Shown: positions 1 through 11,314 of the stretch, piece by piece
How positions within the stretch are numbered: position 1 is the first letter of the stretch
Layout: every line of letters starts with the position of its first letter
Assembly (NCBI GenBank): GCA_036556585.1
Contig: DATBJG010000415.1
Coordinates: 131-64,130, forward strand
Origin: Vicinamibacterales bacterium
GTDB lineage: Bacteria; Acidobacteriota; Vicinamibacteria; Vicinamibacterales; JAMQPK01
Length of the DNA: 64,000 nt
Direction: 5' to 3'
Translations under genes and position numbers: made by a program
The notes under the pieces: generated by a model
What the model was told of the DNA's origin: nothing
The model's input: the letters and a program-made list of their open reading frames with translations, nothing else
Databases searched by the model: none

Positions 1-1029
1 GACCCCGAAGCTCTGCTGCAGGGCCGTGTGTTTGTACAGATTGTTCAGGATCACTTCGGGCACTTCGCCTCGACGCAGCTCGATGACAATGCGCATGCCC
101 TCGCGATCCGACTCATCGCGGATGTCAGAAATGCCCTCGATCGTCTTGTCGCGCACCAGGTCGGCAATGTCCTCGATGAGCTTGGCCTTGTTTACCTGAT
201 ACGGGATTTCACTCACCACGATCGAGATCTTGTCGCCCTTCTTGGCGGTTTCGATCGAGGCCTTGGCGCGCATGAGGATAGAGCCGCGGCCCCGTTCATA
301 CGCTGCATAGATCCCGGAACGGCCGACGATGTAGCCGCCGGTCGGAAAATCCGGCCCCGGAATAAGCCGCATCACGCCCTGACGTTTTTCGAGATCCGTA
401 AACGAGGTATTGCTGGCCAGGCGCTTCTGACGCTCATCGATGAGCCAGACCACACCGTCGATCACCTCGCGCAGGTTGTGCGGTGGAATGTTGGTGGCCA
501 TTCCAACGGCAATGCCCGCCGAGCCGTTGACCAGGAGATTCGGAAACGGCGCCGGCAGCACCGTGGGTTCTTCGGTGGTCTCGTCGTAGTTCGGCACGAA
601 GTCGACGGTCTCTTTGTCGAGATCCGCCATCATGTCGTCCGACAGCGCTTCGAGGCGCGCCTCGGTGTAACGCATGGCCGCTGGGGGATCACCGTCAACC
701 GATCCAAAGTTCCCCTGGCCGTCGACCAGCGGATAGCGCATGTTGAAGTCCTGCGCCAATCGGACGAGCGTGTCGTAGATCGACTGGTCTCCGTGGGGAT
801 GGAAGTTGCCCATCACCTCGCCCACGATCTTGGCGCACTTGCGGTAGGCTCGCGTCGAGCCGAGCCCCATCAACCGCATCCCATAGAGCGCGCGACGATG
901 GGCCGGCTTGAGGCCATCGCGGGCATCGGGCAATGCTCGTCCGATGATTACGCTCATCGCGTAATCCATGTACGAGCGCTTCATTTCATCTTCGATGTTG
1001 ACCGGGAGCTTCGAGGCGGCGATGGTCAT
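1..1029 (-). CDS. gyrA: DNA gyrase subunit A, N-terminal 343 codons (3' end lies beyond the window edge)
   Basis: The minus-strand frame is open from base 1 to the ATG (complement of 1027-1029). My translation starts [46 protein letters not shown] and includes [10 protein letters not shown] around the catalytic Tyr. It is missing from the ORF track because no stop codon falls inside the window. The 28..1080 plus-strand ORF is its antisense shadow. Confidence 0.95.
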   Translation of the reverse strand, partial: MTIAASKLPVNIEDEMKRSYMDYAMSVIIGRALPDARDGLKPAHRRALYGMRLMGLGSTRAYRKCAKIVGEVMGNFHPHGDQSIYDTLVRLAQDFNMRYPLVDGQGNFGSVDGDPPAAMRYTEARLEALSDDMMADLDKETVDFVPNYDETTEEPTVLPAPFPNLLVNGSAGIAVGMATNIPPHNLREVIDGVVWLIDERQKRLASNTSFTDLEKRQGVMRLIPGPDFPTGGYIVGRSGIYAAYERGRGSILMRAKASIETAKKGDKISIVVSEIPYQVNKAKLIEDIADLVRDKTIEGISDIRDESDREGMRIVIELRRGEVPEVILNNLYKHTALQQSFGV

Positions 1030-1119
1030 AGGGAGCTAACGCAGTTGGGGATTCGGTTCTGGGCTCTCGCCTCCGAATGATCTCTTCCACGAGATCCGGG
1101 AGCCGAATTCCGAGACCCT

Positions 1120-3663
<2,544 letters not shown>

Positions 3664-3679
3664 TCACGATCCTCAATTT

Positions 3680-3728
3680 CCGAACCCTGAATCCCGAACC
3701 CCGAATCCCGAACCCCGAATCCCGAGCC
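3680..3728. repeat. Tandem heptamer tract in the gyrB-dnaN spacer (ccgaacc ctgaatc ccgaacc ccgaatc ccgaacc ccgaatc ccgagcc)
   Basis: Read directly from the sequence: seven consecutive 7-nt units, equivalent to about 3.5 copies of a 14-nt unit. The tract ends one base before the dnaN stop codon. Confidence 0.85.
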
Positions 3729-3729
3729 C

Positions 3730-4845
3730 TCACACCCTCATCGGCATGATTACGTAGGTATACTCGTAACCTTCCGCCCCAAGCGGCTTCATCACGGCCT
3801 GGCTCGTTTCGTCCTTGAGTTCCAGCACCACCTGATCGGTTTCCACGACGTTCAGGAAATCGAGCACGTACTGAGCATTGAAGCAGATCTGCATAGCCCC
3901 GTCGCTGTATTCCACGGGGAGAACCTCGTGCGCTTCGCCAAATTCCGGACTGCTCGACGTGACCTCGACTTTGCCATTCTCGACCGCGAATTTGACGGCC
4001 CTCGAGCGCTCGTTCGAAAGCAGCGCCACACGCCGGACGGCATTGGTCAAACGCTCCCGTTCGAACTCAATCCGACGGTTGTTCCCCTTGGGAATGACCC
4101 GCTCGAACGCCGGAAACTGACCGTCAATCATTCGCGAGATCAGCATGCGATCGCCCACCTGAAAGAACAGGTGGTTTTCGCCGCGCTCATATCGCAGATC
4201 GCCATCGCCTTCAGCCAGAAGCTTTCCCAGCTCCCAAAGCGTCTTGCGCGGGAGAATCGCGCGCACTTCTTCTTTCGGCCCCTTGCCTGATCCTTTCGGT
4301 CGCGTCACCGTGACATGCGCCAGCCGATGTCCATCGGTTGCCACCAGACTCATCGATTCCGGCCCCAGGATAAACAGCGCGCCGTTCAGGAAGAACCGCG
4401 TGTCTTCACCCGTAATGGCAAACTGCGTTTTTGAAACCATGGCCCGAATGGCCGAAGCCGCAAGCGTGGCGCTGCTTGTTCCACTTGCCTCGGGCACCGT
4501 CGGAAAGTCCTGCGGTGGCTGTGTCTGCATCCTCGAGTCGAACCGATCGGCGGCAACCTTGACCCCGTTCTTGTCTTCTTCAATTCGGACGTCGGTTTCA
4601 GGCAGCGCTTTCACAATCTCGTACAGCTTCTTGGCCGGAAGCGTCAGCGTGCCTCCCTTGGAGACCGCTGCCTGACACTTGCTCCGCAGTCCCACTTCGA
4701 GATCCGTCGCCAAGAGCCTGATTTCGTCCCCCTTTGCCTCCATCAACACGTTGGCGAGAATCGGGATCGTATTTTTTCGTTCCACGATCCCCTGGAAAAG
4801 TTGCAGTTCTCGCAGAAGGGCGTTTTTCTGGACGACGAGTTCCAT
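3730..4845 (-). CDS. dnaN: DNA polymerase III beta sliding clamp
   Basis: 371-aa ORF starting MELVVQKNALLRELQLFQGIVERKNTIPILANVLMEA. The length and the position between dnaA and gyrB are typical. A GAGGA Shine-Dalgarno lies just upstream on the minus strand. Confidence 0.95.
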   Translation of the reverse strand: MELVVQKNALLRELQLFQGIVERKNTIPILANVLMEAKGDEIRLLATDLEVGLRSKCQAAVSKGGTLTLPAKKLYEIVKALPETDVRIEEDKNGVKVAADRFDSRMQTQPPQDFPTVPEASGTSSATLAASAIRAMVSKTQFAITGEDTRFFLNGALFILGPESMSLVATDGHRLAHVTVTRPKGSGKGPKEEVRAILPRKTLWELGKLLAEGDGDLRYERGENHLFFQVGDRMLISRMIDGQFPAFERVIPKGNNRRIEFERERLTNAVRRVALLSNERSRAVKFAVENGKVEVTSSSPEFGEAHEVLPVEYSDGAMQICFNAQYVLDFLNVVETDQVVLELKDETSQAVMKPLGAEGYEYTYVIMPMRV

Positions 4846-4883
4846 GTTGGGCTGTCCTCGACAGGCGCACCAGACGCCTGTCT

Positions 4884-5015
4884 GATGTTGGAAAAGGTGA
4901 GGAGAACTTAAGAGAGGAAATTATATAGGATCTAAGATGATGTTGAAAGGGGGGAACAAGTAATTAAGACCCTTTATTTTCAGGCGTTTACGGTGTGCAC
5001 AAATTGTCGATTTCA
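4884..5015. other. AT-rich island in the dnaA-dnaN spacer (candidate DNA-unwinding element)
   Basis: Hand count: 23 G+C in the 70 nt from 4911 to 4980, and 39 G+C in 4901-5000. Flanking coding DNA is clearly above 60% G+C by eye. A one-mismatch DnaA box, TTACCCACA, sits at 5054-5062. Confidence 0.35.
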
Positions 5016-5107
5016 GGCCTGTTTCCGGGGGAGAAAAAACGGTGAAGAACCCGTTACCCACAGGGCATGAAGAGAACCGCAGTCACCCCTGTGCAAAAGT
5101 GAGATCT

Positions 5108-6460
5108 TCACCGAAAACTTTCGAGAAAATTGTTGATGAGCTTGTTGAAATCTCCATCCGTCTTCCGCATCGCGTTGACCTTCCGGATGGAGTGAATCAC
5201 GGTCGAATGATGCTTTCCCCCGAAGCTTCGCCCGATCTCAGGCAGGGACGCGTTCGTCAAGGTCTTGCAGAGATACATGGCAATCTGGCGCGGCGTGGCC
5301 ACCGACTTCGAATTGTTGCGCGACTTGAGTTCGGCCAGCTTGAGCTGGTAGTAGTCTGAGATGAATTTCTGGATCAGATCGATCGTCACCACCTTCTCTT
5401 CGTGATCCAGGACGTTCCGCAACACTTCCTGCGCGAGATCAATCGACAGTTCCTGGCCCGTGAGCGAAGCGTAAGCAATCAAGCGGATCAATGACCCTTC
5501 CAGCTCGCGAATGTTCGACTTGATGCGACCCGCGATGTAGATAGCGACGGCATCCGGCAGCGGAACGGCTTCGGCTTCTGCCTTTTTCTTGAGAATCGCA
5601 ATCTTCGTTTCCAGATCGGGCTGCTGGATGTCGGCAATCAAACCCCACTCGAATCGCGATCGCAGGCGTTCCTCGAGCTGGGGAATTTCGTGCGGAGGAC
5701 AATCGCTGCTGAGGACGATCTGCTTCTGCGAGTCGTACAGCGCGTTAAACGTATGGAAAAACTCGGTCTGCGTACCCTCTTTTCCGGCCATAAACTGCAC
5801 ATCGTCGACCAGCAGCACGTCCACGGTGCGATAGCGCTCGCGAAAATCAATCAGCCGATCGAATCTGACGGCGTTGATCATCTCGTTCATGAAACGTTCG
5901 AGCGAGATGTAGGTGAGCTTCTGGGCAGGCACGTGATGAAGAACGTACTGGCCGATCGCGTGCATGAGATGCGTCTTGCCCAGTCCCACACCACCGTAGA
6001 TGAAGAGAGGGTTGTAGGCTCGCGACGGCGTTTCGGCAACGGCGCGACATGCCGCGTGAGCGAACTGGTTTGACGGTCCAACGATAAACGTGTCGAAGGA
6101 GTATCGAGGGTTCAAACCTGAGGCCGGCGTCGAAGCAACCGATTCTTCAACGAGCGGGTCAATGACTGCAGCGTTGGTAGGTGGCCGCGGCGTTGATGGA
6201 GGCGCGATGGCTTCGCGTATTTCCGTCACGAACGCGATGTGCGCCTGAGGCCGGCGCGCCTCGAGTGCGGCCTCTGAGATCACCCCCGAATAGTGTTTCG
6301 TAATCCATTCCTTGAAGGAGGGATCCGGCACACGCACGGTCACGGTGGAGCCGTCATCAGAGATGAAGCTCGTTGCCTTGAACCAGGTGTAGAAACTGTG
6401 CCGGTTGATCTTGGTTTGAACGCGCGAGAGGATCTCGTCCCAGATATTGGTGCCGACCAT
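5108..6460 (-). CDS. dnaA: Chromosomal replication initiator DnaA
   Basis: The ORF runs 5108..6676, but the conserved DnaA N-terminus begins at an internal Met (MVGTNIWDEILSRVQTKINRHSFYTWF; ATG is the complement of 6458-6460). Motifs seen are Walker A GGVGLGKTHLMHAIG, Walker B LLVDDVQF and the C-terminal HTH IAMYLCKTLTNASLPEIGRSFGGKHHSTVIHSIRKV. Confidence 0.93.
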   Translation of the reverse strand: MVGTNIWDEILSRVQTKINRHSFYTWFKATSFISDDGSTVTVRVPDPSFKEWITKHYSGVISEAALEARRPQAHIAFVTEIREAIAPPSTPRPPTNAAVIDPLVEESVASTPASGLNPRYSFDTFIVGPSNQFAHAACRAVAETPSRAYNPLFIYGGVGLGKTHLMHAIGQYVLHHVPAQKLTYISLERFMNEMINAVRFDRLIDFRERYRTVDVLLVDDVQFMAGKEGTQTEFFHTFNALYDSQKQIVLSSDCPPHEIPQLEERLRSRFEWGLIADIQQPDLETKIAILKKKAEAEAVPLPDAVAIYIAGRIKSNIRELEGSLIRLIAYASLTGQELSIDLAQEVLRNVLDHEEKVVTIDLIQKFISDYYQLKLAELKSRNNSKSVATPRQIAMYLCKTLTNASLPEIGRSFGGKHHSTVIHSIRKVNAMRKTDGDFNKLINNFLESFR

Positions 6461-6619
6461 GGGATACCGAACTTTCGCCCTGCCGGAGCAGGTGTTTACT
6501 CGAGGGTGACGTTGATAACTGGCGAAAACCCGTGCTGGGTAAGGGATTCTGGGATTCGCCGGCCAAGAGAACCAAGGATTTCGGGGTTGAAACGACGACA
6601 GCACGCCTGAAAGCCCGGA

Positions 6620-6651
6620 ATTTCCACAGTTTTTTCCACAGGTGTGGAAAT
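6620..6651. promoter_or_regulatory. Cluster of three DnaA-box-like 9-mers
   Basis: The three sites are ATTTCCACA (6620-6628), TTTTCCACA (6632-6640) and the inverted TGTGGAAAT (6643-6651). They differ from TTATCCACA by 2, 1 and 2 positions respectively. The cluster lies 160-190 bp upstream of the dnaA start. Confidence 0.55.
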
Positions 6652-6840
6652 CTTGGGGAGGCGGCCCAACTGGCACCTACCTACTGTGCCGCAGGCTCCT
6701 GGCTGGCGGCGTGATCGAGGCTGGTACGCCCAACCACGGCCTGCCCGTTCGGCGGCTGAAAAGAGACCCGCGAATCTATCACAAATCGGCGAGCCTGTGA
6801 TAGAGAGGCGAGAGAGTCACACGCTCAGTCCGACCGCGGA

Positions 6841-6870
6841 TTGACACTGCCGAACGAGCGTCGCTAATAT
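6841..6870 (+). promoter_or_regulatory. Candidate sigma70-type promoter for rpmH
   Basis: TTGACA (6841-6846), an 18-nt spacer, then TAATAT (6865-6870). It sits about 58 nt upstream of the rpmH ATG. Confidence 0.4.
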
Positions 6871-6927
6871 TGACAGTTCCTACGTTTGAAGACGAACTCC
6901 AGAAGGCACGTCCCATAAGGCAAGTCA

Positions 6928-7068
6928 ATGAAGCGAACGTTTCAGCCAAACCGCAGCAGACGCAGCAAAACCCATGGATTTCTGGTCCGCATGAGCACGA
7001 AAAATGGTCGACTCGTGCTGAAGCGTCGCCGGGCGAAAGGCCGCAAGCGTCTGACAGTCTCAGACTAG
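6928..7068 (+). CDS. rpmH: 50S ribosomal protein L34
   Basis: Hand translation gives [46 protein letters not shown] (46 aa, stop TAG at 7066-7068). It falls below the ORF-track length cutoff. The position upstream of rnpA is the classic one. Confidence 0.92.
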   Translation: MKRTFQPNRSRRSKTHGFLVRMSTKNGRLVLKRRRAKGRKRLTVSD

Positions 7069-7090
7069 ACATTCACCCGCGGACAATCCC

Positions 7091-7441
7091 ATGCGGCACA
7101 CCTTCCGCCGCGACGAGCACATCCGGCGACGGGGAGACTTTCAGCGTGTCTATGAGCGGGGAGCGCGGGTTCAGGCCCGTCACATGACCGTCTTTCTGCT
7201 CCCCACAGGATTGCCCGTGGCGCGTCTTGGTATTGCGGCCACCAGGAAGATCGGCGGTTCGGTTCAAAGGAATCTGGCTAAACGTTTGATTCGAGAGATC
7301 TTTCGCCGTAACAAGCCTCCGCGTGGCACCGATGTCGTCGTGATTCCACGTCCGCACCTCAGCAAGGTCCCGCTGGAAACACTTGAAGCCGATTATCGGT
7401 CCGCGCTCACCCGTCAACGTCCGGTCGCGGTGACCGTCTAA
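7091..7441 (+). CDS. rnpA: Ribonuclease P protein component
   Basis: 116-aa basic ORF (RLGIAATRKIGGSVQRNLAKRLIREIFR) lying between rpmH and yidD. Confidence 0.9.
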   Translation: MRHTFRRDEHIRRRGDFQRVYERGARVQARHMTVFLLPTGLPVARLGIAATRKIGGSVQRNLAKRLIREIFRRNKPPRGTDVVVIPRPHLSKVPLETLEADYRSALTRQRPVAVTV

Positions 7442-7450
7442 GGCACGGTC

Positions 7451-7678
7451 ATGGTCGCCCGTCTCGCTCTTGCGCTCATTCGTGCCTATCAACTGGTTGT
7501 GGCACCAGTACTTACGGGTTCGTGCCGGTTCTCACCCACCTGCTCCGTCTATGCCGCGCAGGCCATCCGCGACCACGGTGTTGTGGCCGGCGGCTGGCTG
7601 GCTCTTCGTCGCTTTTCAAAGTGTCATCCGTTTGGGCCCGCCGGGTATGACCCCGTGCCGCCCCGCCAGGCCCTCTGA
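7451..7678 (+). CDS. yidD: Membrane protein insertion efficiency factor YidD
   Basis: 75-aa ORF carrying the YidD signature [19 protein letters not shown]...[18 protein letters not shown]. Its stop overlaps the yidC ATG (TGATG). Confidence 0.9.
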   Translation: MVARLALALIRAYQLVVAPVLTGSCRFSPTCSVYAAQAIRDHGVVAGGWLALRRFSKCHPFGPAGYDPVPPRQAL

Positions 7679-9384
7679 TGGAGAGACGATATCTACTTGC
7701 GCTTTTTCTTTGCTTCCTGGTGCTGTACGTTTACCAGCTGCTGCTGCCGAAGCCGCCTCAAGCACCCACACAAACAGCAAAGGGTAAGCCACAAGTTACA
7801 CAAAATCAACAAGTTGAAGCTGAGACCCCTCGCAAGGAAACTCCGTTGCCGTCTCCGGAGGAGAACGCGTCCCCGCCACTCGTCGCCGAAACCATGGAAC
7901 GTGACGTCCCGCTCGAGACCGACCTCGTCTCAGCCGTATTTTCAAACCGGGGAGCGGTGATAAAGAGTTGGAAACTCAAGAACTTCCGCGATGCCAGTAA
8001 TCAGCCTCACGATTTGATCCCGAGCGGTGTGCCCGCGGACCTGCCTCGCCCATTCAGCCTCCGGCTCGAGGACCAAGCCACCGCGCGACGGCTCAACTCG
8101 GCGCTCTTCAAGGTTGACGTGGTCTCTCCGAGTCACCTGCGGTTTGAGTATCAAGACGCATCCGGATTGAAAGCTCGCAAAGAGTTTCAGCTCCCGCCCG
8201 GCTCTTACGTTCTGATGGCAGATGTCACCGTCAATGTTGGGGGGGCTGCGGTCGCTCCCGTTGTCCAGTGGGGGCCTGGGCTGGGTCCGCTCACGACCAC
8301 GGAGAACCAGAGCAGTTACGTCCAGCGCTCTGCGGGCATTCTGTATGCGAACGACGAAGTGACTCGCCTGGATGCCGGCGCGATTGCCGAACAGCCCACA
8401 CACATGGGACCGTTCGGGTTTACCGGCGTCGACGATCAGTATTTTCTGCTGGCGCTTGTCCGGCCGAGCGTGACGAAGGTGTCCTACCGCACCGTCAGCG
8501 TGCCTGCTCCTTTGGGAGGCGAGGCGCGTGCGGAACTGGTCTCGTACGAGGCGCAGCTCAGCCAGACTCCCGGTGCGCAGCGCGTCTTCATCGGGCCAAA
8601 GGATTTCGACGTCCTGCGGGCGGTGGATCAGGATCTCGTCCGCGCGATTAACTTCGGGTGGTTCGCGTGGCTCGTAGTACCCCTGCTCACGTCACTGAAG
8701 ATGGTGAACGGGTTCGTTGGGAACTACGGCTGGTCGATCATCATCCTCACGATTCTCATCAACGCGCTGATGTTCCCGCTCAGGCACAAGAGTGTCGTGT
8801 CGATGCGGAAGATGCAGGAAATCCAGCCGGAAGTGAAAGCCATTCAAGATCGATACGCCAAGCTCAAGGCGACGGATCCGGCGCGCCAGAAAATGAACAC
8901 CGAGATGATGGCGCTCTACCGCGAGCGCGGCGTGAACCCCGCGAGCGGCTGCATTCCAATGCTGCTGACCATGCCGGTGCTGTTTGCGTTCTATCAGCTG
9001 CTTTCGGTGGCAATCGAGCTGCGCGGCGCACCGTTTGCCGGTTGGATCAAAGACCTTTCCGCGCATGACCCGCTGTATGTCACGCCCATTCTGATGGGCG
9101 CGACGATGTTCATTCAGCAGAAGATGTCACCGGCAACGCTCGACCCGGTTCAGCAGAAGATGATGATGATCATGCCGGTCGTCTTCACCTTCATGTTTCT
9201 TCAGGCGCCAAGTGGTCTTGTCCTCTACTGGTTTGTGAGCAACCTCTGGACGATCGGGCAGCAGATGGTCACCAACCGGCTCATCGGTCCGCCCAATGTC
9301 CGGATGGTTCGACCACCTGCAGAACGGAAGTTGAAGAAGGCTGGAGCGGGAAAGACAGAAGCCGCTGAAAAGACTGAGCCATGA
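7678..9384 (+). CDS. yidC: Membrane protein insertase YidC
   Basis: 568-aa ORF with an N-terminal TM segment, a large periplasmic domain and the conserved C-terminal core (GWSIIILTILINALMFPL, CIPMLLTMPVLFAFY, PSGLVLYWFVSNLWTIGQQ). Confidence 0.93.
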   Translation: MERRYLLALFLCFLVLYVYQLLLPKPPQAPTQTAKGKPQVTQNQQVEAETPRKETPLPSPEENASPPLVAETMERDVPLETDLVSAVFSNRGAVIKSWKLKNFRDASNQPHDLIPSGVPADLPRPFSLRLEDQATARRLNSALFKVDVVSPSHLRFEYQDASGLKARKEFQLPPGSYVLMADVTVNVGGAAVAPVVQWGPGLGPLTTTENQSSYVQRSAGILYANDEVTRLDAGAIAEQPTHMGPFGFTGVDDQYFLLALVRPSVTKVSYRTVSVPAPLGGEARAELVSYEAQLSQTPGAQRVFIGPKDFDVLRAVDQDLVRAINFGWFAWLVVPLLTSLKMVNGFVGNYGWSIIILTILINALMFPLRHKSVVSMRKMQEIQPEVKAIQDRYAKLKATDPARQKMNTEMMALYRERGVNPASGCIPMLLTMPVLFAFYQLLSVAIELRGAPFAGWIKDLSAHDPLYVTPILMGATMFIQQKMSPATLDPVQQKMMMIMPVVFTFMFLQAPSGLVLYWFVSNLWTIGQQMVTNRLIGPPNVRMVRPPAERKLKKAGAGKTEAAEKTEP

Positions 9385-9839
9385 GCACATCACTCGAGAC
9401 CAAAGTGGTCGACTTCGTGCGCCAGGTTGTGGGAGCCATGGGCCTGCCGCTCGAGCCTCACGTCGAACGCTCGGCGGATGGCGTTCGCATCAATCTGGAG
9501 GGCGAAGCCGGCAGCGCACTACTCGTTCGTCGGGCCGAGCCACTTCAGGCTCTGCAACACCTGGTCGACACGATCTTCCGCGACGAGATGGAAAAGAGTG
9601 GCCGCGTTCTTCTGGACTGCATGGGATTTCGACGCGACAAGGATCTGGAGCTCCGGCAGATGGCAAAGTTCCTGGTCGACAAGGCGAAGACGACAGGAGT
9701 CGAGCAGCAGATCGGTCCGCTCAATGCTTACGAACGGCGGATTGTGCATCTCGTGGTGAACGAAGATCCCGCCGTTGCGTCCGAGAGCATCGGGGATGCG
9801 GCGCAGAAGACGGTGATTATCTCGAAACGAAAGATCTGA
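9381..9839 (+). CDS. jag: Jag/KhpB-type RNA-binding protein (KH plus R3H domains)
   Basis: 152-aa ORF with an R3H-like region (LNAYERRIVHLVVNEDPAVASESIG). ATGA overlap with the yidC stop. Conserved yidC-jag-mnmE synteny. Confidence 0.8.
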   Translation: MSTSLETKVVDFVRQVVGAMGLPLEPHVERSADGVRINLEGEAGSALLVRRAEPLQALQHLVDTIFRDEMEKSGRVLLDCMGFRRDKDLELRQMAKFLVDKAKTTGVEQQIGPLNAYERRIVHLVVNEDPAVASESIGDAAQKTVIISKRKI

Positions 9840-9869
9840 AAGTCGGCCTCCGCCCAGCAGCCGACTGCG

Positions 9870-11285
9870 ATGTTCTCCACCTCAGACACCATCGTTGCTA
9901 TTGCAACGCCGTCAGGACGAGGCGCGATGGGGGTCGTGCGCGTGAGCGGGCCCGCCGCCTGCCACGTCGCCGGGGCGATTCTGACGACCCGGCGAGCACT
10001 GACGCCGAGGCGCGCCACGTTCACTCGTGTGCGAAGAGCCTCCGACGACAGTTCGAACGGAAACCGAGACTCAAACGGCCGGGCCCTTTCTGATCAGGTG
10101 GTCGCGACCTACTTCCAGCACCCGGCCTCCTACACCGGCGAAGACGTCGTCGAGATCAGCGCGCATGGCAGCCCCGTGGTCCTGCACCAGATTCTCAAAG
10201 CCGCAATGGATGCCGGAGCCCGGCTGGCCGAACCCGGCGAGTTCACCTTGAGAGCGTTTCTCAACGGGAGGCTCGATCTCGTCCAGGCCGAGGCCGTCGC
10301 CGATCTGATTGAGGCCGTCACGCCCCTCCAGGCGCGCGTGGCATTCGATCAGCTCGAAGGCACGCTGACAGCCGAAATCGAGGCGATCGACACGCTGCTG
10401 TTCGACATGGTGGCGCGATTCGAGGCTTCGATTGATTTTCCGGAAGAGGGGTATCACTTCGTCGACCCCGAACGAACGATCGACGAGCTCGATGGGCTAC
10501 AAGGACGCATCGTGCGACTCCTTTCCGGTGCCCGCCGGGGACGCCTGATTCGCGAGGGAGCGCATGTCGTGATTGCAGGTCGATCCAACGTCGGCAAATC
10601 GAGTCTTTTCAATGCGCTGCTCGGGACGGGACGGGCGATTGTGACAGCGGTGCCGGGGACCACGCGTGATTTCGTGACCGAGGTGACCGATCTCCAAGGC
10701 GTGCGCGTTGCGCTGGTGGACACGGCTGGCGAGCGGGGAACGGTCGACCCGATTGAAGATGTGGAACGGGAAGGCATCGAGCGAGCCCGTCGGGCACGCG
10801 CGATCGCGCAACTGGTTCTCGTCGTGCTCGATCGTTCCCAAGAGCTGACTGACGTAGACAGACACCTGCTCGACGAAACGTCCGACATGCAACGGGTCAT
10901 CGTCGTGAACAAGATCGATCTGCCCGAGGCCTGGTGCTCCGATTCGCTGCAGGAGGTCAGTGAGTCGGTGGTTCCGATCTCCGTTCGAAGTGGGGAAGGG
11001 CTCGACCGGCTCAAGGCGAACGTAGTGGAGGCTCTTGGCGGCGGCGACGTCGAGCGCGACACAGCGGCTGTCACCAACATCCGTCACATCGAACTCCTGG
11101 AGCGCGCGCAGCAGGCGCTCAACCAGGCGAAGCAGGCCATCACCGACAGAGGGGGCCGGCTTTCAGAGGAATTCGTACTGGCCGACCTCCAAGCTGCGCG
11201 ACATGCGTTCGAGGAAATCACGGGCAAGAGGACGGCCGACGATGTGTTGGCGCACATCTTCGGGCGCTTTTGTATCGGGAAATAG
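9870..11285 (+). CDS. mnmE: tRNA modification GTPase MnmE
   Basis: 471-aa ORF with G1 [15 protein letters not shown]3 DTAG, G4 NKIDL and the C-terminal FCIGK motif. Confidence 0.93.
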   Translation: MFSTSDTIVAIATPSGRGAMGVVRVSGPAACHVAGAILTTRRALTPRRATFTRVRRASDDSSNGNRDSNGRALSDQVVATYFQHPASYTGEDVVEISAHGSPVVLHQILKAAMDAGARLAEPGEFTLRAFLNGRLDLVQAEAVADLIEAVTPLQARVAFDQLEGTLTAEIEAIDTLLFDMVARFEASIDFPEEGYHFVDPERTIDELDGLQGRIVRLLSGARRGRLIREGAHVVIAGRSNVGKSSLFNALLGTGRAIVTAVPGTTRDFVTEVTDLQGVRVALVDTAGERGTVDPIEDVEREGIERARRARAIAQLVLVVLDRSQELTDVDRHLLDETSDMQRVIVVNKIDLPEAWCSDSLQEVSESVVPISVRSGEGLDRLKANVVEALGGGDVERDTAAVTNIRHIELLERAQQALNQAKQAITDRGGRLSEEFVLADLQAARHAFEEITGKRTADDVLAHIFGRFCIGK

Positions 11286-11314
11286 AGCTCGGAATTCGGC
11301 TCTCGGATTTCAGA

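Noticed and set aside
28-1080. 350-aa plus-strand ORF at the left edge
   Set aside because: It is antisense to an unmistakable gyrA reading frame (minus strand, 1-1029). Its Arg/His/Val-rich translation has no recognisable motif. It is a typical shadow ORF of high-GC DNA.
6461-6676. 72-codon N-terminal extension of dnaA in the ORF track
   Set aside because: The extension (MPVGPPPQDFHTCGKNCGNSG...) is not DnaA-like and runs across the DnaA-box cluster. The conserved DnaA N-terminus starts at the internal Met at 6460.
6870-7187. 105-aa plus-strand ORF overlapping rpmH and the rnpA start
   Set aside because: It is out of frame with the clear 46-aa L34 sequence and with rnpA, and it has no features of its own.
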